Assembly: GCA_963725035.1 (NCBI GenBank)
Contig: CAVRWX010000010.1
Span: forward strand, 124,854-188,853
Direction of reading: 5' to 3'
DNA: 64,000 bases
Source: an uncultured bacterium
GTDB taxonomy: Bacteria; Actinomycetota; Thermoleophilia; Solirubrobacterales; 70-9
The position numbers and the translations under genes were made by a program. Below, piece by piece: positions 1-9,391 of the stretch. Numbering within the stretch: position 1 is the stretch's first letter; each line of letters opens with the position of its first letter. A model generated the notes under the pieces. The model worked only from the letters and a program-made list of their open reading frames with translations, did not search any database and was not told where the DNA came from.

Positions 1-200
1 CAACTCGCGAGCGGATGCTCGAGGTGATCCGCCGCGAGGATGCGCGGATGGCCAAGCGCTACGTGGCGTCCAAGCGCCACACGATCCAGGTCGACTTCCT
101 GCCCTACATGCGGGCGATCGAGCGTGAGCGCCGCGGCGGCGTCCTCGGCCGCTTCGGCAAGACGCGCTCGCGCGAACTGCTCGGCTCGTCGGGAAACTAG
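1..200 (+). CDS. 3' end of a protein gene that starts upstream of the window (hypothetical)
   Basis: The frame is open from base 3 (TRERMLEVIRRED...GSSGN) and ends at TAG 198-200. I recognise no family from about 65 residues. Confidence 0.35.
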   Translation, partial: TRERMLEVIRREDARMAKRYVASKRHTIQVDFLPYMRAIERERRGGVLGRFGKTRSRELLGSSGN

Positions 201-203
201 GCC

Positions 204-954
204 GTGGCTGCGCCGCGCGACAAGCCCACGCACGCGTGCCCCCTGTGCGGCGGCAATGTCTACGCGTGGATCGGGATCCCCCAGTCGGTGTCCGAGGCGA
301 GCGTTGGGCTGCCGTCGCCCGTGGACCCGGACGCGCCCGGGGGCGGAGACAACGCGCGTCTCGTTGATCGATGTGAGAGATGCGGTGTGGGAATCGAGCG
401 AACGGGTGAAGCCCTTTGACCTTGCCGGAGAACTCGCCCGGATCGAGATCGAGGGCGGGCCCGACGGCGCACGGACCTTCGCGGCGCCGAACCGCGCGAG
501 CTGGCAGTGCTCGCTTGGCGGTGACGGCTGGTCCGCGCTGGCCGAGTGGCCTGGTCGCCTGCTCCTGACACCGCGCGCATTCGCTCTCCTTGCGGAGAAG
601 AACGGACTGGAGCCGGAGAAGCCCGCCTTTCCGCCCGTCGGGCCGAATCAGCGCTGGCTCTGGCAGTCGATCCTGAACGGGATAACGCTCCACAACAACT
701 TTCTGACCGAGGTGCGGGCGGGTCGTCTCCGCGTGGCCAACTCCCGCGGCCCGGGGCAGTACATCGCCGACATGCTCGCGAGCTGCCTGGCGACGCCGTT
801 CGTCCTGCTCGTTTCCGTCCCCCTCGAAGCGATCGCGTCGCTTGCGGGGCGCGGCGGGCGGATGGTCGTCCGCGCGCGGGCCGCCTCAGGCGAGCGTGTC
901 GCCGACCTCGACGACCAGCGCGGCGAGCTCGCCGGCGCGGTCGAAGTGCGGTAG
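204..954 (+). CDS. Zn-ribbon-containing hypothetical protein, frame broken as sequenced
   Basis: The GTG-204 ORF has two CxxC pairs (CPLCGG, CERCG) and stops at 419. A protein-like sequence continues in the +1 frame (KPFDLAGELARIEIEG... to 954). The span is 751 nt (3n+1), and the break lies at the GGG run near 404-406. Confidence 0.5.
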
Positions 955-1641
955 CCCCGGCTCCGTCTCGCGCAGGTCTGAGCGGGCGAGTACCCGCGCG
1001 AGCTCGATCGCTGATTTGGCGAGAAGCGGCGGCGAGTCCGCCGCGATCGCGATCAACGACGGCTTCGTGGCCGCCGCAAGCTCGGCATCGGAGCGCTCCC
1101 ACGCCGGCACGGCGGAGAGCTCGGCAAACAGGGCCGCTGTCGCGCCGGGGCCGCGGTCGCCTCGCTCGGGCGGGATCCGGCCTGCGCCCGCCCCGAGCGC
1201 GGGAAGGCGACCTGCCAGGTATGCGTCGAGTGCCGCGTCCCTGCCCGACTCCGCAACCGCCTCGCGAACCGTCGCGACGTCGGCGGCGAGCCGATCTGTC
1301 GCCTCGGGCAGGAAGGAAAGAAGCGGCGGCTCGACCAGGACGGTTCCAATGACGAGCTCCGGCTCGGCGAGCGAGAGCTCGAGCGCCACGACGGCGCCAA
1401 TTCCGGCACCGCAGACCACGGCCGGGCCGCGATCACCAAGCGCCTGCGCGGCGTACCCGGCCTGCTCGGCGACGGTCGTTCGCGAGTACCCCTCGGGCGC
1501 CTCGGCATCGCCCCACCCCGGGCGATCGGGAGCGATGATGGTTGCGTGCCCGGCGAGCGCCTCGGCGAGGGGTTCCCAGATCCGTCCCGTCGTCGCGGTC
1601 TCGTGCAGGCAGAGGACGGTGAGCGGCTGGCGCCCGGGCAT
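886..1641 (-). CDS. alpha/beta-fold hydrolase family protein
   Basis: This is a 251-aa ORF from ATG 1641 with an alpha/beta-hydrolase-like layout (LHETATTGRIWEPL..., VVCGAGIGAVVALE). The nucleophile-elbow position reads GAGIG, with no Ser. It overlaps the previous gene convergently by 69 nt. Confidence 0.7.
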   Translation of the reverse strand: MPGRQPLTVLCLHETATTGRIWEPLAEALAGHATIIAPDRPGWGDAEAPEGYSRTTVAEQAGYAAQALGDRGPAVVCGAGIGAVVALELSLAEPELVIGTVLVEPPLLSFLPEATDRLAADVATVREAVAESGRDAALDAYLAGRLPALGAGAGRIPPERGDRGPGATAALFAELSAVPAWERSDAELAAATKPSLIAIAADSPPLLAKSAIELARVLARSDLRETEPGLPHFDRAGELAALVVEVGDTLA

Positions 1642-1650
1642 TAGGCGGTC

Positions 1651-2458
1651 TTACTCGGCGGCGCGCCAGGCTCGTTTGGCGAGCGGCAGGACCACGGCGC
1701 GCGGAGTGTGTTGGCCCATGATGCTCCCGGCGCGGTTGAGGAGGCCGGGAACGACGACGCGGCTGCCCTTCTCGGCGCCCTCGACGGCTTCGCGCGCGAC
1801 CTGCTCGACGTCGGTCCAGATGAAGCCGGGGACCTTGTCGCTGCGCGCCGCCCATGCCGGCCTGCTCGACGAACTCGGTCTTGACGGGGCCTGGGCAGAC
1901 GGCTGTGACGCTCACGCCCTTGCCGCTGAGCTCGTTGTGCGTGGCCTCGGAGAGACTGAGGACGAACGCCTTCGTGGCGGCGTAGGTCGCGGTGTAGGGA
2001 ATCGGCTGGAAGGAGGAGGTCGACGCGATGTTGATGATCGCCCCGCGGCCGCGATCGGCCATCGCGGGGCTGATGCACGCCTGGAGGTAGACGAGCGTCT
2101 CGCAGTTGAGCGCGACCATCGAGGCGAGGCGTGCCGGGTCGGAGCGGTGAACCGGGCCCGAGCCGCCGAAGCCGGCGTTGTTGACGAGGATCTCGACCTC
2201 AAGGCCGAGGCCTTCGATCTTCGCCAGCGTCTCGTCGCGGCCCGCGTCGGAGCCGAGGTCGGCGGCGATGTGCTCGGCGCGGATGCCGTGGGTGTCGTAG
2301 AGCTCCTCGGCAAGCGCCTTCAGGCGGTCCTCGCGCCGGGCGACGAGGGTTACGCCGTGGCCGCGAGCCGCGAGCTGGCGGGCGATCTCCTCGCCGATGC
2401 CCGACGAGGCGCCGGTGACGAGGGCAGTGGACGTGTCTGTCGGCTCCGGAAGCGCCAT
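1651..2458 (-). CDS. short-chain dehydrogenase/reductase (SDR), frame broken as sequenced near 1840
   Basis: SDR motifs are present: TGASSGIG, NNAG and YAATK (YxxxK). After ...EFVEQAGMGGAQ the listed ORF turns Arg-rich. The natural tail DKVPGFIWTDVEQVAREAVEGAEKG...RAWRAAE* is in another frame and ends at 1651. The span is 808 nt (3n+1). Confidence 0.8.
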
Positions 2459-2506
2459 GCGGCCGCAGGCTACCCAACGGCCTGCGCCGCTCTATCATCC
2501 GAGGGG

Positions 2507-2773
2507 ATGTCCGATCCGCTCAACCCCTTCGGAGACCCCGAGGAGCTTCAGCGCCGCCTGGCGGAGTTCGCCGAGCAGATGCAGGGCGCCCAGCAGGTCT
2601 CGTTCGCCGACAACGCGATCAACCTCGCGGTGCAGATGACCGTCGCGTCGATCCAGCGCCTGAACCTGCAGGGCACAAGCGACGAGCAGGCGATGCAGGT
2701 CCGCGACGCGATCCGGGTCGTCTTCCCCGAGGCCGTCACCCTCGTGCGCGAAGCGCGCGAAGGCCTCTCCTAA
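2507..2773 (+). CDS. small hypothetical protein (88 aa)
   Basis: ATG 2507 gives MSDPLNPFGDPEELQRRLAEFAEQMQ..., the only protein-like part of the 842-2773 ORF. The rest of that ORF is antisense to the hydrolase and SDR genes. Confidence 0.5.
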   Translation: MSDPLNPFGDPEELQRRLAEFAEQMQGAQQVSFADNAINLAVQMTVASIQRLNLQGTSDEQAMQVRDAIRVVFPEAVTLVREAREGLS

Positions 2774-2865
2774 CAAGGCACACCCCGCCTCACACCCGCG
2801 CGCCCGGCCCGCCTAGCGTCGCGGCATGCGCCCGCGTCCGCGCCCCCTCCACCGCCCACCCTTCG

Positions 2866-2914
2866 CCGAAAGGTGGAATTTCCACGATATGTGTGGAAAT
2901 TCCTACTCTCGGCG
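2866..2914. repeat. 49-nt imperfect palindromic element, copy A (core GGAATTTCCAC-N7-GTGGAAATTCC)
   Basis: The sequence is ccgaaaggtGGAATTTCCACgatatgtGTGGAAATTCCtactctcggcg, with perfect 11-bp arms at 2875-2885 and 2893-2903. It is about 44/49 identical to 53106-53154 and is AT-rich for this genome. Confidence 0.8.
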
Positions 2915-3536
2915 TGAAGGCGGAGCGGCGTCGGTCGAGCAGGCCGGGTTGATCCTGCTCGTCGCCGTGCTCTGCGCCGCGGTGGCGGGAGCCGTGCTGA
3001 GTCCAGGCGGCGAGGCGACGTCGCGTGAGCTGGCTCGGGCGGTCGCGCAGAAGATCCGCTGCGCAGCGCACGGCCCCGGCCCGTGCTGGCAGGACCCGCT
3101 GACCGAGGCATACGGCCGGCCGCTGGCCGGCCTCGTCCGCGCACTCGCGCCCGTGCCGGAGGGCGCCGGCGCGCTCGGCCTCTTGCCCGTCGACTTCCGC
3201 CGCTGCCGCCAGCCGAGCTGCGCCGCGCCCGGCGAGCGCCCCGAGCTCACCGCATCGAACCGCCGCGTCACCGCGTTCGTGGCTGTAGACGACAGGCGCC
3301 GGAGCGACGGCACCGTCGCGATCGACTACTGGCTCTACCGACCATCGCTCGGCTGGGAGCGGGTCCGCCGCATGGCGTCGGCCACGGATGTCGCCGCGCA
3401 CGCCATGACACCCCTCCTCGACAGCACCAACCCGCGCCTCGTCCCGCTCGAAACCCTCGCCGGCCGCAACCACGTCGACTTCCCACCAGCCGAAGAGCCG
3501 CCCTGGCGCTGGCAGGTCGAGTCGGACTGGGACTGA
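2889..3536 (+). CDS. hypothetical protein with a Flp/TadE-like N-terminal hydrophobic segment
   Basis: ATG 2889 lies in the loop of palindrome copy A. The N-terminus is MCGNSYSRREGGAASVEQAGLILLVAVLCAAVAG, which resembles the G-A-A-S-V-E class III signal / TadE-like motif. The start codon is uncertain. Confidence 0.5.
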   Translation: MCGNSYSRREGGAASVEQAGLILLVAVLCAAVAGAVLSPGGEATSRELARAVAQKIRCAAHGPGPCWQDPLTEAYGRPLAGLVRALAPVPEGAGALGLLPVDFRRCRQPSCAAPGERPELTASNRRVTAFVAVDDRRRSDGTVAIDYWLYRPSLGWERVRRMASATDVAAHAMTPLLDSTNPRLVPLETLAGRNHVDFPPAEEPPWRWQVESDWD

Positions 3537-3609
3537 TTGCCGTTGCGCGGAGGATTCGGCGTCTACGGGACGTTCAACCCTCCGCTAAACACCGCGGCGG
3601 CCCGCTCGC

Positions 3610-4593
3610 TCACCAGCGGGCGTCGTGGCTCTCCATGACGCCCATGCCGCTCTCGAGTTTGAGATCGCCCGGCAGGGTTCCCGTGAACGTCCCGAACGGC
3701 TGGCGGTAGGAGTACGAGATTGGGCCGCGCTTCTCCGTGCGCGAACGCTCCGCCTCGGCCACACACTCGATTCCCGAGCCGTCGGGGAAGCCGATCGTCT
3801 CGAGGCCGCCGAAGGTGGAGGGCCCGGGCTCGAAGGGCTCGCCGTCAACCCAGATCGCCCGCTCGGAGCGCTCGGGCGGGTCGTTCACGCCCTCGACCAG
3901 ATTCCACCCGACCTCGCGACCATCGGTGAGTGTCCCGACTCCGGCTGACCAGCTCCACACCGTATGGCGTGGGTGATATCCGGCTGACTCGTCCTCGACG
4001 CCGCGTGCCTTGCAGCGGATGCGGCGGTCTGCGAAGCGCACGTCGACGTCGACCTCGACCACTCGCTTGCGGGTCCATACGAAGCCGTCCTCGCCGTTGT
4101 CGCACACGCATTCGGCCCACGTGCCGCCCCCGGTGCGCAGAAACCCGCGGACTCCGCCGGCGTCGGGATGCCGGGCCTCGATGCGAACCAACGAGCCCTC
4201 GTCCGGAGCATTTTCGACCGCGCCGCCCTCTCCATCCTCCGACCACACTTCGCCGCGGGCGCCGGGCAGGCGCATCACGGTCCGCTCGGTGAGCTCTTGG
4301 TGGGTGCGGTCCCATACGGCCCAGAACGTCTGCGACACGGGACCGACGCTCACGCGGGCCGCGCAGACCATCGCTTCGTCGCAGAAAGCCCCCAGGTAGC
4401 GCCAGCGCTTGCGGTTGACGCCCTTGTAGCGAAGCGGCATCTTGCCGGGCGGAAGCGGGAGGTCGTCTGGGCGGCCGGGTCCGGGGCCGCGCCATGGCAG
4501 GGCCTCGGTCCCGGCGCTCATGTCGTGGCCGCGTCCGATCGACCGCTCGACGTCGGCGACTCCGAGCGTGATCATCGAAAGTCGCTGGTCCAT
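3610..4593 (-). CDS. DUF2804-like protein
   Basis: This is the protein-like C-terminal two thirds of the 3610-5088 ORF (LPLPPGKMPLRYKGVNRKRWRYLGAF...VWSWSAGVG...). ATG 4593 lies 18 nt after the accA stop; ATG 4521 is an alternative start. Confidence 0.65.
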   Translation of the reverse strand: MDQRLSMITLGVADVERSIGRGHDMSAGTEALPWRGPGPGRPDDLPLPPGKMPLRYKGVNRKRWRYLGAFCDEAMVCAARVSVGPVSQTFWAVWDRTHQELTERTVMRLPGARGEVWSEDGEGGAVENAPDEGSLVRIEARHPDAGGVRGFLRTGGGTWAECVCDNGEDGFVWTRKRVVEVDVDVRFADRRIRCKARGVEDESAGYHPRHTVWSWSAGVGTLTDGREVGWNLVEGVNDPPERSERAIWVDGEPFEPGPSTFGGLETIGFPDGSGIECVAEAERSRTEKRGPISYSYRQPFGTFTGTLPGDLKLESGMGVMESHDARW

Positions 4594-4610
4594 GCTCGGC
4601 CCTGCCGGCC

Positions 4611-6374
4611 CTACTCGATGGTCGCGATCGGATCGCCGGAGGAGATCGGCTGACCTTCGGCGACGCTGAGCACGGTGATCTTGCCCGACCTGTGAGCGGT
4701 GATCTCGTTCTCCATCTTCATCGCCTCGATCACGCAGATGATTGCACCCTCCTCCACATCCTGTCCCTTCTCGACGTTCACCTTGAACATCGTGCCCTGA
4801 AGCGGCGAGACGATGTCGTTCCCCGACGCCGCGCTGCCGCCGCCGGCCTTTCGCTCGCGCTTGGGCGGGCGCTTGGCGCCTGCCTGGGCTCCGCCACCGC
4901 CGGCGGGCGCGGCTGCGCCGATCACCTTCACCGAGTGAAGACGCCCGTTCACCTCCACCTGATACGTGCGCTCGGCCGTCGGCTCCTCTTCCTGTCCATC
5001 GGCGGGCTTCGGGGCCGCCTCCGGAGCGAGTGTCTTCAGCCACTTCTTGTCCGCGATCTTCTCGCGGAACGTCGAGGCCTCGGCCCACTCCTCCGAGGCC
5101 ATGACGGCCTTGTGGAAGGGGATGAGCGTGGTGAGCGGCTCGATCTTGTACTCGTCCAGGGCGCGCAGCATGCGGCGCGTTGCTGAGGGGCGATCGACGT
5201 CCCAGGTGATGAGCTTCGCGACCATCGGGTCATACAGCGGCGTCACCTCCGAGCCGGCCTCGAGGCCCGAGTCGACTCGCACACCGGGGCCCGAGGGCTC
5301 AAGGTAGCTCTCAATCGGACCGGGCGCGGGGGCGAAGTTCTTGTGGGCGGCCTCGGCGTTGATCCGGCACTCGATCGCGTGCCCCGTCAGGCGCACGTCC
5401 TCTTGCTTGATCGAGAGCTCCTCGCCCGCGGCGACGCGCACCTGCTCGCGCACGATGTCGATGCCGGTGACCATCTCGGTCACGCAGTGCTCGACCTGGA
5501 CGCGGGTGTTCATCTCCAGGAAGAAGTACTCGTCGCCGACCTGCATCCCCTCGATCGTCCCGGCGCCGCGGTAGTCCACGGCCGCGGCTGCGTCCGTCGC
5601 GATCTTCCCGATCCGCTCGCGCATCTCATCGTCGACGAGCGGGCCGGGAGCCTCCTCGATCAGCTTCTGGTGGCGGCGCTGGATCGAGCAGTCGCGCTCA
5701 CCCAGGTGGATGACGTTCCCGTGCGAGTCGGCGAGGACCTGAACCTCGACGTGGCGCGGGTCCTCGAGGTAGCGCTCGAGATAGACGCGGTCGTCACTGA
5801 AGAACTTCTCGCCCTCGCGCGCTGCGCCCTCGAAGGCCTCTTCGAGCTCTTCTGAGGACATGGCGACGCGGAAGCCCTTGCCGCCGCCACCGCCCGCGGC
5901 CTTGCACGCGACCGGGTAGCCGATCTCCTCGGCCGTCTTCTTTGCGGCTTTGACATCCGGAGACGGCTCGGTCGAACCGGGAACGATCGGAACGCCTGCC
6001 TCCTGCATGATCTCGCGGGCCTTGGTCTTGGAGCCCATCGCCTCGATTGCCGAAGCGGGCGGGCCGATGAACGTGAGGTCGGCGTCGTCAAGCGCCATCG
6101 CGAAGGTGGCGTTCTCGGCCAGGAATCCATAGCCGGGGTGGACGGCCTCGGCGCCCGCCTCCTTTGCGACCTCGATGATCTTGGGGATGTTGAGGTAGCT
6201 CTCGGCGGGCGTCGGCGGGCCGAGGAGGTACGCCTCGTCGGCGATGCGGACAGCGATCGATTCGCGATCCGCCTCCGAATAGACGGCGACGGAGGCGATT
6301 CCCATCTCCTTCAGAGTGCGGATCACGCGTACCGCGATCTCGCCGCGGTTGGCTACGAGGACCTTCTCGAACAT
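4611..6374 (-). CDS. accA: acetyl/propionyl-CoA carboxylase alpha subunit (biotin carboxylase plus biotinyl carrier domain)
   Basis: The 587-aa protein starts MFEKVLVANRGEIAVRVIRT, has an ATP-grasp core, and carries a C-terminal biotinyl-lysine motif EAMKMENEI. Confidence 0.95.
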   Translation of the reverse strand: MFEKVLVANRGEIAVRVIRTLKEMGIASVAVYSEADRESIAVRIADEAYLLGPPTPAESYLNIPKIIEVAKEAGAEAVHPGYGFLAENATFAMALDDADLTFIGPPASAIEAMGSKTKAREIMQEAGVPIVPGSTEPSPDVKAAKKTAEEIGYPVACKAAGGGGGKGFRVAMSSEELEEAFEGAAREGEKFFSDDRVYLERYLEDPRHVEVQVLADSHGNVIHLGERDCSIQRRHQKLIEEAPGPLVDDEMRERIGKIATDAAAAVDYRGAGTIEGMQVGDEYFFLEMNTRVQVEHCVTEMVTGIDIVREQVRVAAGEELSIKQEDVRLTGHAIECRINAEAAHKNFAPAPGPIESYLEPSGPGVRVDSGLEAGSEVTPLYDPMVAKLITWDVDRPSATRRMLRALDEYKIEPLTTLIPFHKAVMASEEWAEASTFREKIADKKWLKTLAPEAAPKPADGQEEEPTAERTYQVEVNGRLHSVKVIGAAAPAGGGGAQAGAKRPPKRERKAGGGSAASGNDIVSPLQGTMFKVNVEKGQDVEEGAIICVIEAMKMENEITAHRSGKITVLSVAEGQPISSGDPIATIE

Positions 6375-6398
6375 GGCCGCGGCAGTCTATGGAACGGC

Positions 6399-7172
6399 TT
6401 ACTTCTGGCAGATGCCGTAAGCGACGACCGTGACGCCCTCGTCCGCGTTCGCGGTGACGCGCCAAGCGCGCTTCGTCGGGCGGGACTCCAGGTAGTTCGT
6501 CGAGTCGCTGGTGCTGTAGAACCCGCCACCCACGATCTCTTCGCCGCTTTCACAATCGGCGCTGGCCGTGACCTGGGCTTCGCCGCCGCGGCGCGGCGGG
6601 TCGGAAGTCACCGAATCTTCGACGAATGTCGTGCCGCCCGGGCTTGGGTCACAGACCGCGAACGCCTCTATGCGGTCACCCTGGGAGACGAACTCGTACC
6701 TGGCACCCCAGCTCTCTTCTCCGCCTGTGGGGAATGAGCCGCGCATGACGGCGTTCTGGCCCGGACCCTTGCCGCCGCCGCTAACGGCTTTTGACCCGTC
6801 GGGGCATTTCGCGGTCGCCTGAGCTTCGCCTGAGTCGTCTTTTACTCGCAGCTTCTTCGAGCGCACGAAGAGCTTGCTGTCCTTCAGGCAAAGCGCGTAA
6901 GCCGATCCGTCGAAGGGGTTGGGTCCGTTGCGGTTGTAGGCCTCGACCTTCCAGCGTGGGCCCTTCGGGTAAGTGGTCTGGGGGTATAGCTCGTTGGTCT
7001 GCTGATCGAGAGAGAACCCGCCCGCCGCCGGGACCTTGTCGCCGGAGCACTTGGCCGCTCCCCCCTCCGTGAATCCGACGCGGACGGTGAAGTCCTTTTT
7101 CTCGATGCCGGCGACTGCCGTGGCAGCCACCCCGGCAAGCAATGCGATTGCGAACGCGAGTGCTCGCCTCAT
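6399..7172 (-). CDS. secreted hypothetical protein with three tandem Cys-bounded repeats
   Basis: ATG 7172 with a GGGGA Shine-Dalgarno gives the signal peptide MRRALAFAIALLAGVAATAVAG. There are three units of the pattern A(K/D)C..G...GGG...W.......A(Y/F)A.C. Confidence 0.6.
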   Translation of the reverse strand: MRRALAFAIALLAGVAATAVAGIEKKDFTVRVGFTEGGAAKCSGDKVPAAGGFSLDQQTNELYPQTTYPKGPRWKVEAYNRNGPNPFDGSAYALCLKDSKLFVRSKKLRVKDDSGEAQATAKCPDGSKAVSGGGKGPGQNAVMRGSFPTGGEESWGARYEFVSQGDRIEAFAVCDPSPGGTTFVEDSVTSDPPRRGGEAQVTASADCESGEEIVGGGFYSTSDSTNYLESRPTKRAWRVTANADEGVTVVAYGICQK

Positions 7173-7221
7173 AGTCCCCACAGATGCTCCCCTCCCTTGA
7201 TGCCTCCCCACCTCGAGAATC

Positions 7222-8532
<1,311 letters not shown>

Positions 8533-8608
8533 TTATGGCTGGGTGCGCGGGCGATTACGAGGAACGGTCGCCGTAGGCGGCGCGAGAAGCAGGTGCGTGA
8601 GTGTTGTT

Positions 8609-9391
8609 TCAGTAGCGGTGGTCGCGGCCCTCGACCTGGAGGGGCCCCAGCTCGCCGCACATCTCGACCAGACGGGAGACGGTGCGCCCGCCGATCTGCT
8701 CCTCGAGCTCAGTCTCTTCGAGGTTCGTGGTGACGAGCATCGAGCGCTCGGCGCCGTAGCGCTCGTCGACGATCGCGTAGAGCTGCTCGAGCACCCAGTC
8801 CGTCCGCTTCTCGGCGCCGAGGTCGTCGATGTGGAGGAGATCGACAGAGGTGAGCCGCTCGAAGAAGGCCACGTAGGAGTCCTGGCCGACCTCCGCGTCG
8901 TACGTGCGGCGGATGCGCGCGAGGAGCTGCGGCAGGGAGTAGATCGCGACGCTTCGCCCGGCCTTGGCCGCCGCGGAGGAGACCGCCATCGCGAGGGTCG
9001 TCTTGCCCGTCCCGACCGAGCCCGAGAGCCAGAGGCTGTCGCCGCGGTCGAGGCGCGCGCCGATGTCGTCGGCGAACTCCTTGACGGCGGCCACGGCGAT
9101 GCGCGATTCGGGCGCGCGAGCCATGTCGGAGAGCGGCGGCCGGTCGAACGAGACGCCGCGGTAGCGCGCGGGGATCGCCGTGGCCAGCCCGCGCGCACGC
9201 GAGCGTGTTTGCGTCACGCTGCGGCACTCGCAGGGCTCGACAGCGCCGTCCTCGGCATCCAGCCAGCCCGTCCCGTCGCACTTCGCGAGCGGGCAGGCGG
9301 GACCTGTCTCGCCACGGCGGATAGGCACCACGGTGCCCCCCTCGCCGGCGGGCACATCGCGGGGCCGGCTGCGTGCCGGCTCAGAAGTCAT
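8609..9391 (-). CDS. DnaC/DnaI/IstB-like AAA+ ATPase (putative helicase loader) with an N-terminal Cys cluster
   Basis: It has Walker A GSVGTGKTT, Walker B LLHIDDLGAE and an N-terminal CPLAKCDGTGW...CEC cluster. Its ATG 9391 overlaps the frame-corrected dnaB stop (ATGACTTCTGA). No istA is adjacent. Confidence 0.75.
   Translation of the reverse strand: MTSEPARSRPRDVPAGEGGTVVPIRRGETGPACPLAKCDGTGWLDAEDGAVEPCECRSVTQTRSRARGLATAIPARYRGVSFDRPPLSDMARAPESRIAVAAVKEFADDIGARLDRGDSLWLSGSVGTGKTTLAMAVSSAAAKAGRSVAIYSLPQLLARIRRTYDAEVGQDSYVAFFERLTSVDLLHIDDLGAEKRTDWVLEQLYAIVDERYGAERSMLVTTNLEETELEEQIGGRTVSRLVEMCGELGPLQVEGRDHRY

Noticed and set aside
842-2506. A 643-aa plus-strand ORF (842-2773) that spans the hydrolase and SDR loci
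   Set aside because: Its composition is Ala/Arg/Ser/Pro-rich and it runs antisense to two genes with clear family motifs. Only its last 88 codons (2507-2773) look like protein. This is a typical high-GC shadow ORF.
2875-2903. The palindrome core read as an NrdR box or other known operator
   Set aside because: Alignment to the NrdR consensus (acaCwAtATaTwGtgt) fails at several symmetric positions. No nrd genes are nearby, and copy B is not in a promoter position.
4551-4593. A VOC/glyoxalase-like N-terminal strand (SMITLGVADVERSI) upstream of the DUF2804 core
   Set aside because: Only about 14 residues are involved and no further VOC sequence appears in any frame. I treat it as a possible alternative N-terminus of the DUF2804 gene rather than a separate gene remnant.
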